64,000 bases of DNA from an uncultured Actinomycetes bacterium (GTDB taxonomy: Bacteria; Actinomycetota; Acidimicrobiia; IMCC26256; DASPTH01): positions 953,524 through 1,017,523 of the forward strand of contig CAWIHV010000001.1 in the NCBI GenBank assembly GCA_963835985.1, written 5' to 3'. The position numbers were made by a program, and so were the translations under genes. Shown one piece after another: positions 31,859 to 42,184 of this stretch (position 1 is its first letter; each line of letters starts with the position of its first letter). The notes beneath the pieces were generated by a model that was given only the letters and a program-made list of their open reading frames with translations, was not told where the DNA came from and did not search any database.

Positions 31859-34259
31859 ATGAGCGAGCGTCTCCTGCCCCTGTCCGGTCTGCGCGTGGTC
31901 GACTGCACCGTCGAGCGCGGTGAGCTGACCGCCCGTCTCCTCGGCGACCTCGGCGCCGACGTCGTGAAGGTCGAGCCCCCCGGCGGTTCGCCGGCACGAC
32001 AGCTGGCTCCCGTACGCGACGGCGTGTCGTTGGCGTTCGCGGTGCGCAACGCGGGCAAGCGCGGCGTGGTGCTCGATCTCACCGCCGCCGCCGCCCTCGA
32101 TCGCTTCCACGATCTGCTGGCTCACGCCGACGTGCTCGTCACCTCGAGCGCCGAAGTCGCGCCCGGCCTCGACGCGCGTGACGTCGCGGCGCGTCACCCG
32201 CACCTCGTGGTGGGTGCGCTCACGCCGTTCGGGCTCGACGGCCCGTACGCCGACTGGGTCGCGACCAGCGCCACGCTGTCTGCCACCGGCGGCATCGCGT
32301 TCAAGGCCGGCGTGCCCGAGCGCACCCCGATCTTCCCTCCCGGTCACCTCGTCGACGACGCGGCGTCGGTCACCAGCGCGTTCGGCCTGTTGTGCGCGCT
32401 CTACCAGCGTGAGCAGACCGGCGCAGGCCAGTTCGTGGAGGTGGCGGCCAACGAGGCGATCGCGCAGATCGCCGACTGGGCGCTGCCCAACGCCACCGCG
32501 CGCATCGAAGCGGGCTTCCCCGCGGGCGAGGTGCGGTTCGGCAACGGACCCATCTATCCGATCTTCGCCTGCAAGGGCGGCTACGTACGCCTCATCATCC
32601 TCAGCATCCGTCAGTGGCACGCGATGCGCGAGTGGCTGGGTGAACCCGACTACCTCCAGGACCCCGCGTTCGACGGCTTCATGGCCCGGCGCGAGATCTC
32701 CGAGACCGTGCTCAACCCGCTGTTCGAAGCGCACTTCGCCACCATGAGCATGGAGGAGGTGTCGGTCGAGGCGCAGAAGCGGGGCATCGTGTGCACGCCC
32801 GCGCTCACGCCGGCCGACATCATCACCAACGAGCACTTCCTCTCGCGCAACACGCTGGTGGAGTACGAGGTGGCACCGGGCGTGACCGCGCCGATCCCGG
32901 CGGGCTTCTTCGAGATCGACGGCGACCGCGCCGGTCCCACCGCTCCGCCACCGGCAGTCGGAGAGCACACCGACGCGGTGTTCGCCGACCTGGGTGAGGC
33001 ACGGGACGCGTCCGGCGCGACTCCGCGCGCCCAGGTCGTGGCGGGCGCTCCACTCGAAGGACTGCGGGTCATGGACTTCGGCCACGGCGCGGTCGGGGTC
33101 GAGGTCGGACGGCGCTTCGCGGAGTACGGCGCCGAGGTCATGAAGATCGAGTCGCGCACCTACACCGACTTCATGCGCCTCCAGCTCGGTGGTGAGACCA
33201 ACCCGTCGTTCGCGTCGTCGAGTCGCAGCAAGCTCGGGTTCGGTGTCAACGCCAAGACGCCGGAGGGCGTCGCGATCCTCCACGACCTCGCGGCGAAGAG
33301 CGACCTGGTGGTCGAGAACAACTCGACCGGCACGATGGACAAGCTCGGGATCGGGTTCGACGCCCTCCAGGCCGTGAACCCCGACCTGGTCATGGTGTCG
33401 AGCCAGCTGATGGGTTCGCACGGCGCCTGGTCGTGGTGGCGCGGATACGGCCCCAGCACCCAGCCGCCCGGGGGCCTCGTGCACCTCTGGAACTACGCCG
33501 ACACCGACGCGCCCGCGGGTTCCACGTCGATCTACCCCGACCACGTCGCGGGCTGCCTCGGTGCGGTGTCCTCGCTGGCGGCGCTGGTCGGCCGCGCTCG
33601 CGGCGTGAACCACGGCGTGCACGTCGAGGTGGCACAGGTCGAAACGGTCGTGGGGATGCTCGGCGACCTCGTCGCCGCCGAAGGCGTCGCGCCGGGTTCG
33701 GTGGTGCCGCTGGGCAACCGCAGCGAGGTCGGTGCGCCGTGGGGGCTCTACCGGTGCGAGGGCGAGGAGCAGTGGGCGGCCATCACGTGCCGTGACGACG
33801 CCGACTGGCGGGGGCTGGTGGCGGCCATGGGCGATCCCGCCTGGTCGGGCGACGCCGACCTGGCGACGGTCGACGGACGCCGGGCGCGCGCCGACGAGCT
33901 CGACGAGCGCATCGGCGAGTGGACGGCGACGCGCACCGAAGGACGACGTCGCGGCCGCGTGCCAGCGCGAAGGGGTTCCGGCGGCGCCGATGCTCACCGG
34001 CGCCGAGCAGGTGAGCGATCCGCAGTTCGAGGCCCGCGGGTTCGCGGTGAGGATCGATCAGCCCGGCGTGGGCCCGTTGTGGCTCGACGGCGGCGCCTTC
34101 CGCGGCGAGCACATGGAGGGACCCGACGTCCACCAGGCGCCGGAGCTGGGTGAGCACACGCGTGCCATCGCGCGCGACCTGCTCGGGCACGACGACGACG
34201 AGATCGACCGCCTGCTCGAGGCCGGAATCCTCGAGACCACGCCGCCGGTCGGGGGCTGA
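31859..34259 (+). CDS. Tandem-domain CaiB/BaiF CoA-transferase III (frameshift at about 33940)
   Basis: PLSGLRVVD..LGADVVKVEPP and second PLEGLRVMD..GAEVMKIE; APELGEHT. Confidence 0.9.
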
Positions 34260-34268
34260 ACGCCTCGG

Positions 34269-35408
34269 TCAGCGGCTCGAGCTGAGCACGTCGAGGAACG
34301 TCGTCGCCACGCCGCGGGCGAATAACGGTCGACCACGCGGTCGCGCGCGAGCGCGGCACGGCCGCGTGCGGCGTCCGGGATCGGCGACGACCGCGCGCAA
34401 CGTGTCGACGGCGTGATCGAGATCGGGCGCGGCCCACTGCTGGTCACGCGAGTACGACGCGAACGCGTTGTGCTCCACCGCGGTGAGCGTGTGGTCGACG
34501 AGGAACGCGTTGTCGTCGTCGAGATACTCGAGGAAGCCGCCCCACCGCGTCGCGATCACCGGGTTGCCGTAGGCGCTGGCGTCGAACGCGCCGATGCCCC
34601 AACCCTCGCCCCGCGCCAAGGTGAGGTAGCAGTCGCCCCGAGCGTGGAGCCCGGCGATGCGGTCGTCGGTCCACGTCTCGACCTCGAGGTGCACGCGGGC
34701 CGGATTGCGGAACTGGCGCACGAGGCTGGCGACCTGCCAGGGCGTGGTCCACGACAACGGGTTGGCCGCACCCCACTCGCCGGGCGGCATCTCGAGCCGC
34801 GGCCCGGTCTTCACCACGAGGACCACCGGATCGTCGGCGGTGAACGCGCGCAGGTAGGCCTCGATGGCGAGGAACACCGCCTTGCGCTCGTCCCAGCGCC
34901 CGATCGTGTAGAACGCGAAGTGCGTCGGGGTCGAGGCCGAGGCCGGCGCCGGCGTCGCCGGGCACGGGAGCTGTCACCACGTGCGGGACGACGCGCCACG
35001 GGTGTGTCCACGCCGCTGGACACGAAGACGTCACGGTTCCACTCGGTCGGCACGATCACGAGATCGGTCGCGTTCAGCAGCTCGGGCCAGTGCTGCGGCA
35101 GCCGGTCGCTCTCCCACACCGTGTGCGCGACGAACGGGCCGTCGTCGACGACCGATCGCACGAGCGGGTAGTACTCGGGCACGAGGTGGGCGACGGTCGG
35201 CGCGCCGGGTGGCGCGAGCTCGCTCGGGACCGGATCGCGCGAGAACGGGACGAGCGCGGGTGGCGGCTCCGGCGCGCGTGTTCGACCAACCCCGGTACTC
35301 GACGCGGGTGCCGTTGCCACGCACCGCCCGCACCAGCCGATCCGCGGCGTCGCCGTACCCGGTGGGCGCGTCCTCGGCGATGTAGCGAAGCGCGGCGCCC
35401 CTGGCCAC
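34269..35408 (-). CDS. GT4-like (GT-B) glycosyltransferase (several frameshifts)
   Basis: TGYGDA, HTVWESDRLP, VPTEWN, FYTIGRWDERK, GEGWGIG..GNPVIATRWGG. Confidence 0.85.
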
Positions 35409-35409
35409 G

Positions 35410-36247
35410 TCAGAAGATCCGATGGTCGGGGAGGAACCGCTGGGCGGCGAGCGCGTACGTGCTGCTCCCGGCGCGGATCCACGCCTCGTCGATCTGCTGT
35501 GCGTGCACGGCGCTGAAGTCGCGGCGGGTCTCCTCCCACCAGAGATGGGCGGCGAGGTGGATCGAGACGATGCCCTCGAGGTCGGTGTCCCGCTCCACGA
35601 GCAGGCGGCGCAAGCCGTCGGGCGTCGGCGGGAACGCGTGGAACGTGCGCTCGGGCTCCACCCGCACCTCGTCGGGATGGGCACGCGCGAGGTCGTCGGC
35701 GAGGAAGCAGCTGTGCGAGCTCCACGAGCCGTCGAGCGCGCCCTCGATGTCGTCGCGCCACCGACGCGACGTACGCCGCGCCCGGCTCGGCCATCACCAG
35801 CGCGTTCGACAGCGACGGCCGTGACGCACCCGTGCGCACGTCGAACACGTCGGCCTCCCGGCCGATGACCGCGGGTGCGTCCCAGAGCTCGACCGGTGGA
35901 GGCGCGACGAACAGCGTGTCGATGTCGGCGTACAGGCCACCGTGCGCGAGGAGGGCGTCGAGGCGCACGACGTCGGCCTGGTGTGCGTAGGAGTAGTGGC
36001 GCACCACCGGATCGTCGTACGGGAAGTCGACCACGGCCGCGACCGGCTCGACGCGTTGCAGCTCGACGAAGGGCCGGGCGAGGTCCCAGTAGAAGCCGTA
36101 CGGGAGCTCGTGGCAGTGCACCACGATGCGATCCGGCGCGACGACCGCCGCGCACGACGCGATCGCGAGGTAGTGCACGAGGTGGAACGGCTCGATCTGC
36201 GGTCGCAGGCCGAACACGAAGTGGGCGGTGCACGGGATCCGGGGCAT
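35410..36247 (-). CDS. GT32-like DXD glycosyltransferase (frameshift at about 35770)
   Basis: IP..AHFVFG, AHQADVVRL..HGGLYADID, SNAL, HLAAHLW. Confidence 0.85.
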
Positions 36248-36337
36248 GCGCGACGATGATGTGCCTGGGTCGGGTGTCCGCACCGAACGCACGGGCCCGT
36301 GATCGTAGCCAGGGGCCGCCGAGAGCCGCGCGAGAGG

Positions 36338-37541
36338 GTGGTCGTGGGCGATCGGAGGCCCGGATCCGAGGGAGCTGTGCTCGTCACGCCCCTCGCGCCG
36401 GCGCGCTCGGGCAACGGTCTGGCCATGCGGGCCGGCATGCTCTTGGAGGCGCTGGCCGGCGCGGGCCCGGTCGACGTCGTGGTCGTGCCCGTGTCGGGGC
36501 CCGCGGCCGGCGACGCATGGCTGACGGCCACCGCCCGTCGGGTGGTCGCGGTGCGGACCGGCCTGTCTCGCGACCCGCGCCGAGATCGTCGCCGCCCTCG
36601 GGGATCCGCGCGCGGCGCCAGGAGCTCCTCGAGCAGGAGCAGCTCCCGGCGCGTGCACGCGACATCCAGCCCGAGCTCGCCGAGGAAGCGTGCGCCGCGC
36701 TCGAGGAAGCGCCGTCGACCGTGGTGGCGCTCCGGTCGTACCTCGCGCCGTTCGGGACGCGACTCGCTCGGTTGTCAGAGGCGACCCGCTTGGTCGTCGA
36801 CGCCGACGACGACGACGAGGCGCTCCTGCGCGCGCAGGGCGACCAGCTCGGCGCCGACCAGCACGCGCACCTCGCCCGCCGCTGGCTCGGCGCAGGCCGA
36901 TCGCGTGCTGGCGGCATCGCCGATCGACGCCGCCGCGATGAGCGAGCGCTACGGCTTCGCGGTCGACACGCTTCCCAACGCGGTGACGCGACCGGCGACG
37001 GTGACCGACCCACCCGGCCGCGACCGGATCCTCTACGTCGGCAACCTGACCTACGCGCCCAACATCGAGGCGGTGCGCGACCTCGTCGTCGACGTGGTCC
37101 CCGCGCTGCGTGCGCTGGTCCCCGGTGTCACCGTCGACGTGGTAGGGGCACACGACGAGCGACTCGCCGATCTCGCCGGACACGAGGGCGTCAACTTCTC
37201 CGGCGCGGTGCCCGACGTGACGCCGTGGTACGCGGGTGCCGACGTGGTCGTGGTCCCGCTGCGCCGGGGCGCGGGCACGCGCATCAAGGTGCTGGAGGCG
37301 TTCGCGCACCGGCGCCCGGTCGTGGCCACGCCCGCGGCGGTCGTCCGGGCTCGAGGTCGATCGACGGCCGTTCGGTCCACCTCGGTGCCACCGCGGCGCA
37401 ACTCGCCGCGCACACCGCCCGGCTGCTCCGCCGACCCGGCGAAGCCCGCCGGGCGGTCGAGGAGGCGGATGCGGTCCTGTCCGAGCACTACCTTCTCGAT
37501 GTCGTCGTGCCCCGAGCGCCGACGGCTGCTCACCGAGTTGA
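36338..37541 (+). CDS. GT4 glycosyltransferase (several frameshifts)
   Basis: GNGLAMR, LPNAV, LYVGNLTYAPN, VPLRRGAGTRIKVLEAFA..PVVAT. Confidence 0.85.
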
Positions 37542-37588
37542 CGACGACGATCCCCCGAGAAACCCGAAGAGAACCGGAGGAACTGCCC

Positions 37589-37870
37589 GTGGCTGCCGAC
37601 CGTCCCGCCCCCGCGAACGGACTCGACGTCCACGAGGTCGAGGACGGCTTCGTCGTGTTCGACGCGTCGACCGACCGCGTCCACTACCTCAACCCGACGG
37701 CCACCGTGGTGTTCTCGCTGTGCGACGGCTCCCGCACCACCGAGGAGATCGCCGAGCTCGTGCGATCGGCGTGGGAGCTCGACGCCGCGCCGCTCGACGA
37801 CGTGACCGCGTGCATCGCCCAGCTCCGCGACGAGGGAGTGCTGACCGGGCCGTCGACGCCCGCGCGGTGA
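37589..37870 (+). CDS. Stand-alone PqqD-family protein/RiPP recognition element
   Basis: 93 aa: EVEDGFVVFD..RVHYLNPTA..VFSLCDG..EIAE..DV..IAQLRDEGVL; GGAGG RBS at 37576-37580. Confidence 0.9.
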   Translation: MAADRPAPANGLDVHEVEDGFVVFDASTDRVHYLNPTATVVFSLCDGSRTTEEIAELVRSAWELDAAPLDDVTACIAQLRDEGVLTGPSTPAR

Positions 37871-38700
37871 CGTTCGAGCGCCGCCTGCTGTGGCACTCGC
37901 TGCACGTCGACGGTGATCCGAGGGTCGTCGGCCACCTCGAGGCGCTCCTTCCCGACGCCCGCCACCCGATGCCGGCGCGGCGCGCGATGCACTACCGGGT
38001 GACCGCGACGCCCGACGGCTTCACCATCACCGAGGAAGGCGACGAGCTCGCCGACATCGCGGCAGGCGAGCGGGCGGTCGAGGAGGCCGCCGACATCGTG
38101 CACATGCGCGCGCACCGGCGGGCGTTCGAGCTCGCGTCGCTCTCGGGCTGGGCACGCGTGCACGCGGCGACCGTCGACCTCGACGGCGCGCGCGTGCTCG
38201 TGGTCGGCCCGTCGGGCGCGGGCAAGACCACGCTCGCGACCCGACTGCTCCTCGACGGGGCCGACGTCCAGGGGGACGAGAGCGTGCTCGTGCATCGCGG
38301 CGAGAGCCTCGCCGTGCCCGCGCGCTCCACCTCAAGCCCGGGAGCGATCACGTCCTGCCCGAGCTCGCCGAGGTGCTGCCCGACCCTCCCGGTGGTCGGG
38401 CGAGGTCGTCGTGCTCGATCCTGCCCGCGTCGACCACCCGGTCGAGCTCCGCTGTCGCGCCGATTGCCCACGTGGTGCTGCTCACGGGTCCGTCGTCGTC
38501 GCCTGCCCCCGTCACCTGCACGCCGGTCGACGGTGGTGCGGTGCTCGAGGCGCTGCTCACCGACGCCTTCCCGCTGACCGAGACCAAGGCCCGCATGGTG
38601 TCGGTGCTCGCAGGGGCGATGGTGGCCGCACGGGGCCACCAACTCTCGTGGGGACCGCCCAGAACGATGGTCGATGCCCTCGCGCGCCGCGATCAGGTAG
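37867..38700 (+). CDS. HPr-kinase-related P-loop kinase (frameshifts after about 38320)
   Basis: VHAATV..VVGPSGAGKTT..GDESV; GTGA-coupled to the PqqD gene. Confidence 0.82.
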
Positions 38701-38734
38701 TGTCGCGGCACTCGCTCGCAGGGAGGGTGCAGAC

Positions 38735-39034
38735 GTGTCCGAGGACTTCGAAGCCGCGACCGAGGGGCTGAGCGACGGTCGTCGCTCGTTCCTGAAGAAG
38801 ATGGCGATCGGCACCGCGTTCACGGTGCCCGTGGTCTCGTCCTTCACCATGGCCGGCATCCAGGCGGTGTACGCCCAGACGCCCACCGCGAGTGGCAAGA
38901 CGAGCGCCGGCAACGCCACCGCGACCACCTCGGCGACGACGACGCAGCCGAACTCCACCACCACGTCGTCGACGACCACGACCACGCAGGCGAACTCGAC
39001 CGTCACCACCACGGTGTCCGACAGCGGCGGCTGA
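38735..39034 (+). CDS. Candidate RiPP precursor: twin-arginine leader plus Ser/Thr-rich core (99 aa)
   Basis: GGGAGG RBS at about 38721 and GTG start; (M)SEDFEAATEGLSDGRRSFLKKMAIGTAFTVPVVSSFTMAGIQAVYAQTPTASGKTSAGNATATTSATTTQPNSTTTSSTTTTTQANSTVTTTVSDSGG. Confidence 0.82.
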   Translation: MSEDFEAATEGLSDGRRSFLKKMAIGTAFTVPVVSSFTMAGIQAVYAQTPTASGKTSAGNATATTSATTTQPNSTTTSSTTTTTQANSTVTTTVSDSGG

Positions 39035-39047
39035 CCCTGACGGTTCG

Positions 39048-40178
39048 GTGACGCTGTCGGCCGCGATCATCGTCAAGAACGAAGCCGAGAATCTCGACGC
39101 CGTGCTCGTCCTCGCTCGACGGCTTGGTCGACGAGATCGTCGTCGTCGACACCGGATCGACCGACGAGACGGTCGCCGTAGCCGAGCGACACGGCGCTGT
39201 CGTCGCCCACGAGCCGTGGCGGGGAGACTTCGCCACCCCCCGCAACCGCAGTCTCGACCTGGCGCACCGAGCGACTGGGTCTTCTACATCGACGCCGACG
39301 AGCGCGTCGAGGGCGACTTCGCCGCCACGCGGGCGCTGCCTCGGCGGCGGCCGACGACTGCGTCGCGTTCCGGGTGCGCCTCGTGCCCCGGGTCGGGTGG
39401 ACGCCGTTCCTCGAGTTCCGGCTCTGGCGCAACCGCCCCGACATCCGCTTCGCCGGCCAGGTCCACGAGTCGGTGGTGCCCGACGATCCAGACCATCGCG
39501 GAGCGAGAGCTCTTGCGGGTCGACGTCCTCGACCACTGCACCATCCGCCACTACGGCTACGAGGGTGACCGGCCCGACAAGCGTGCACGCGACGAACCGC
39601 TCCTCCTGGAGGAGATCGCCCGGAACCCCGATCGGCCGTTCGTCTACGACCACCTCGCGCGTGTCTACGAGGCTGGTGGCGACGGGCAGCGCGCGGTCGA
39701 GACCTGGAAGCGGGGGATCGCCCAGGCCCGTGCCCGCACCACCGTGCACCCCGACGATCGACTGCTCTACGTCGACCTCATCCACCACCTCCTCGCCAAC
39801 GGCGTGATCGATGACGAGTTGGAGATGCTCGTCAACGACGCACGGGGGCAGTTCCCGCGCACCCCGACGCTCGAGCTCGCCTCGGCGCGCCTCGCGTTCG
39901 CCACCGGCCGGCCGCGTGACGCGTTGGAACCCCTCGAGTGGCTGGTGGATCTCGACGACGACGCCATCCTCGCCACCGGCGCGTCGTACGACGAACGCGT
40001 CTTCGGCGAGTGGGCGTGGGCCCTGCTCGGACTGTGCTGCTTCGCACTCGGTGACGACGTCGCGGCGGCCGACGCGTTCGGTCGCGCCGAGCGCCTGGCC
40101 CCCGACGACGCCTCGTACGGCGTGCGGCGGCGTCTCGCCGAGGCCCGCGCCTCCGCTCCGACACACTCCAGTTCCTGA
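39048..40178 (+). CDS. GT2 glycosyltransferase with C-terminal TPRs (several frameshifts)
   Basis: LSAAIIVKNE, VDTGSTD, DFATPRN, IDADER, VHE, HYGY, then TPR-like helices. Confidence 0.87.
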   Translation: MTLSAAIIVKNEAENLDAVLVLARRLGRRDRRRRHRIDRRDGRRSRATRRCRRPRAVAGRLRHPPQPQSRPGAPSDWVFYIDADERVEGDFAATRALPRRRPTTASRSGCASCPGSGGRRSSSSGSGATAPTSASPARSTSRWCPTIQTIAERELLRVDVLDHCTIRHYGYEGDRPDKRARDEPLLLEEIARNPDRPFVYDHLARVYEAGGDGQRAVETWKRGIAQARARTTVHPDDRLLYVDLIHHLLANGVIDDELEMLVNDARGQFPRTPTLELASARLAFATGRPRDALEPLEWLVDLDDDAILATGASYDERVFGEWAWALLGLCCFALGDDVAAADAFGRAERLAPDDASYGVRRRLAEARASAPTHSSS

Positions 40179-40187
40179 GGCGACCGC

Positions 40188-41373
40188 GTGTCGTTCCCGT
40201 GGCACGACGCACCCTGGTGCGAGGTCGGGGACCTGCTCGAGGCTGTCGCCGACCCGGCGGAGCGGGTGCTGGCTCCCGACCCGTTCTGGTGGCGGTTCCC
40301 CACGCTGTGGCGCTACGTCCCCGCCAACCTCACCGTTGCTGCTGATGACCGCGACGCCGACTACGACTGGGTCGTCGTGCACAAAGGGGAGTTGCCCGCG
40401 ATCCGCGGGCGTTCCTGGAACACGTCGTGGCGACGATGACACCTGTCCTCGCCAACGAGGTGTTCGTGGTGTTCGCGGCGCGTGCGGGACGCACTTGCGG
40501 TCGACGCCGCGGTCACCGCATCTGCTGTCCTTCCTGAGCGCGCTCGCGCAGCTCCCCGCGGAACCCGAGGTGGAGCTGCGCGCGATCAGCGACCGCGTGC
40601 TCGAAGCGTCACCCACGCTGCGCCGATTCGGTGAGCTGACGCTGGCCGAGGCGCGCGCCGAACAGGACGCGTTCTTCACCAGCGGCGGCTACCGCTATCC
40701 GACCGCACGTGACCAGGCGTACTACACAGCGGTGCAGGCGCACCGCGATCGGGCGCTGCGGCCGGGCACGCGCGTGCTCGACGTGGCCAGCGGCGCGTTC
40801 GCTGCAGCACCGCTCCCGCCTGGAGTCACCTTCGTGCGCACCGACTTCTCGCGCGTGGGCATGGCGCAGGCGAGGGCGCGGGACGTCGACGAACCCGGCG
40901 CGCACCACGTCGTGTGCGACGGCGACGCGGTTGCCGTGCGCTCCGACGCGTTCGACACGGTGCTGTTCGTCGACTCGATCGAGCACGTCTTCGACGCCGA
41001 CGCGGTGATCGCGGAGTGCGCCCGAGCCCTCCGGGTCGGCGGGGAGCTCGTGGTCACCTTCTCGAACAAGAACAGCCTCAACCAGCTGCTCACGCGCGCG
41101 CTCGGGTACCCGACCTTCTCCACCAACCACCAGCACGTGCGCGAGTTCACCCCGGACGAGGTGTTCGCGATGCTCGACGCGCACGGACTCGACGTGGTCG
41201 ACACCGCCGGGATCGAGCTGCGTCCCTACTGGGGCGTACCCGGCATCGACCACGTCGTGCGCGACATGGTCGACGAAGACGAGGAGCTGGTCGCGGCGCT
41301 GAGCGAGCTCGGACGCCGCGCGGGGATCGAGTTCGCCTATATCGGTGTCGTGACGGCGCGCGAAGCGGACTAG
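40188..41373 (+). CDS. Class I SAM methyltransferase with N-terminal extension (frameshifts at about 40405-40490)
   Basis: VLDVASG, FDTVLFVDSIEHV, RALRVGGELVVT, HVREFT. Confidence 0.82.
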
Positions 41374-42129
41374 CCCGCGGTGATGCCGCGGTCGACCGAG
41401 AGGATGGCGCCGTGGATGCTGCGGCCCTCGTCGGACGCGACCAGCGCGAACATCGCGGCGATGTCGTCGGCCGAGCCCATCTTCCGGAACCCGGTGTAGC
41501 GACCCATCAGCTCGAAGTCGAGGTCTGCGGGGATCTCGAAGTTGCGGCTGAGCGCAGTGTCGACACCGCCGGGCGCGATCGCGTTGACGCGCAGCGGCGC
41601 CTTCGCGTACTCCATCGCCGAGCGCACGGGTGATCTGCACGATGGCGCCCTTGGTCATGCAGTAGGTCACGGTGTACGCCTGACCCATCAGCCCCGCGTT
41701 CGACGCGATGTTCACGATGTTGCCCTCGCGCTCGAGTAGGTGGGGGATCGCCGCCTGGGCGAGGAAGAAGCACGCCGTCGACGTTCACGCCCATCATCTG
41801 CCGGTAGGCGCGCTCGTCGACGTCGGGGAAGTGCTCGGCCCGCGCGATCCGGCGATGTTGCCGAGCACGTCGAGGCCACCGAACTGCTCGACGGTCGCGG
41901 CGACGGTGGCGACGCATTCGTCGCGGCTGCTGATGTCACCGGTGCGGGTCGTGACGGTGGCGCCGGCGTCGGCCACCAGCTTCGCGGTCTCGGCCAGCGC
42001 GTCGCCGTTGAGGTCGTGGGCGAGGATCTCGGCGCCCTCGGTGGCCAGACGGACCGTGACTGCCCGGCCGATGCCCGAGCCGGCGCCGGTGACCAGCGCG
42101 ACCTTCCCCTCGAAGCGTGCCTCGCTCAT
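41370..42129 (-). CDS. SDR family oxidoreductase (frameshifted)
   Basis: TGAGSGIG, NIASNAG, YCMTKG, RVNAIAPG. Confidence 0.87.
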
Positions 42130-42184
42130 CTGCGTTCCCCCTGTCACTGGTGCCGTGTGTGCGCGGGCCGTACCGTACCGCTCC

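Noticed and set aside
34269-37541. Ordinary EPS/capsule locus
   Set aside because: No flippase, polymerase, priming GT or nucleotide-sugar genes, and the GTs flank RRE/kinase/peptide genes. Not fully excluded.
36299-37870. Apparent GT4-PqqD fusion ORF
   Set aside because: Frameshift artefact; the PqqD has its own RBS and GTG at 37589.
37589-39034. PQQ biosynthesis, lasso peptide or glycocin assignment
   Set aside because: No pqqB/C/E or ExxxY peptide, no lasso cyclase/peptidase, and no Cys or double-Gly leader/C39 transporter.
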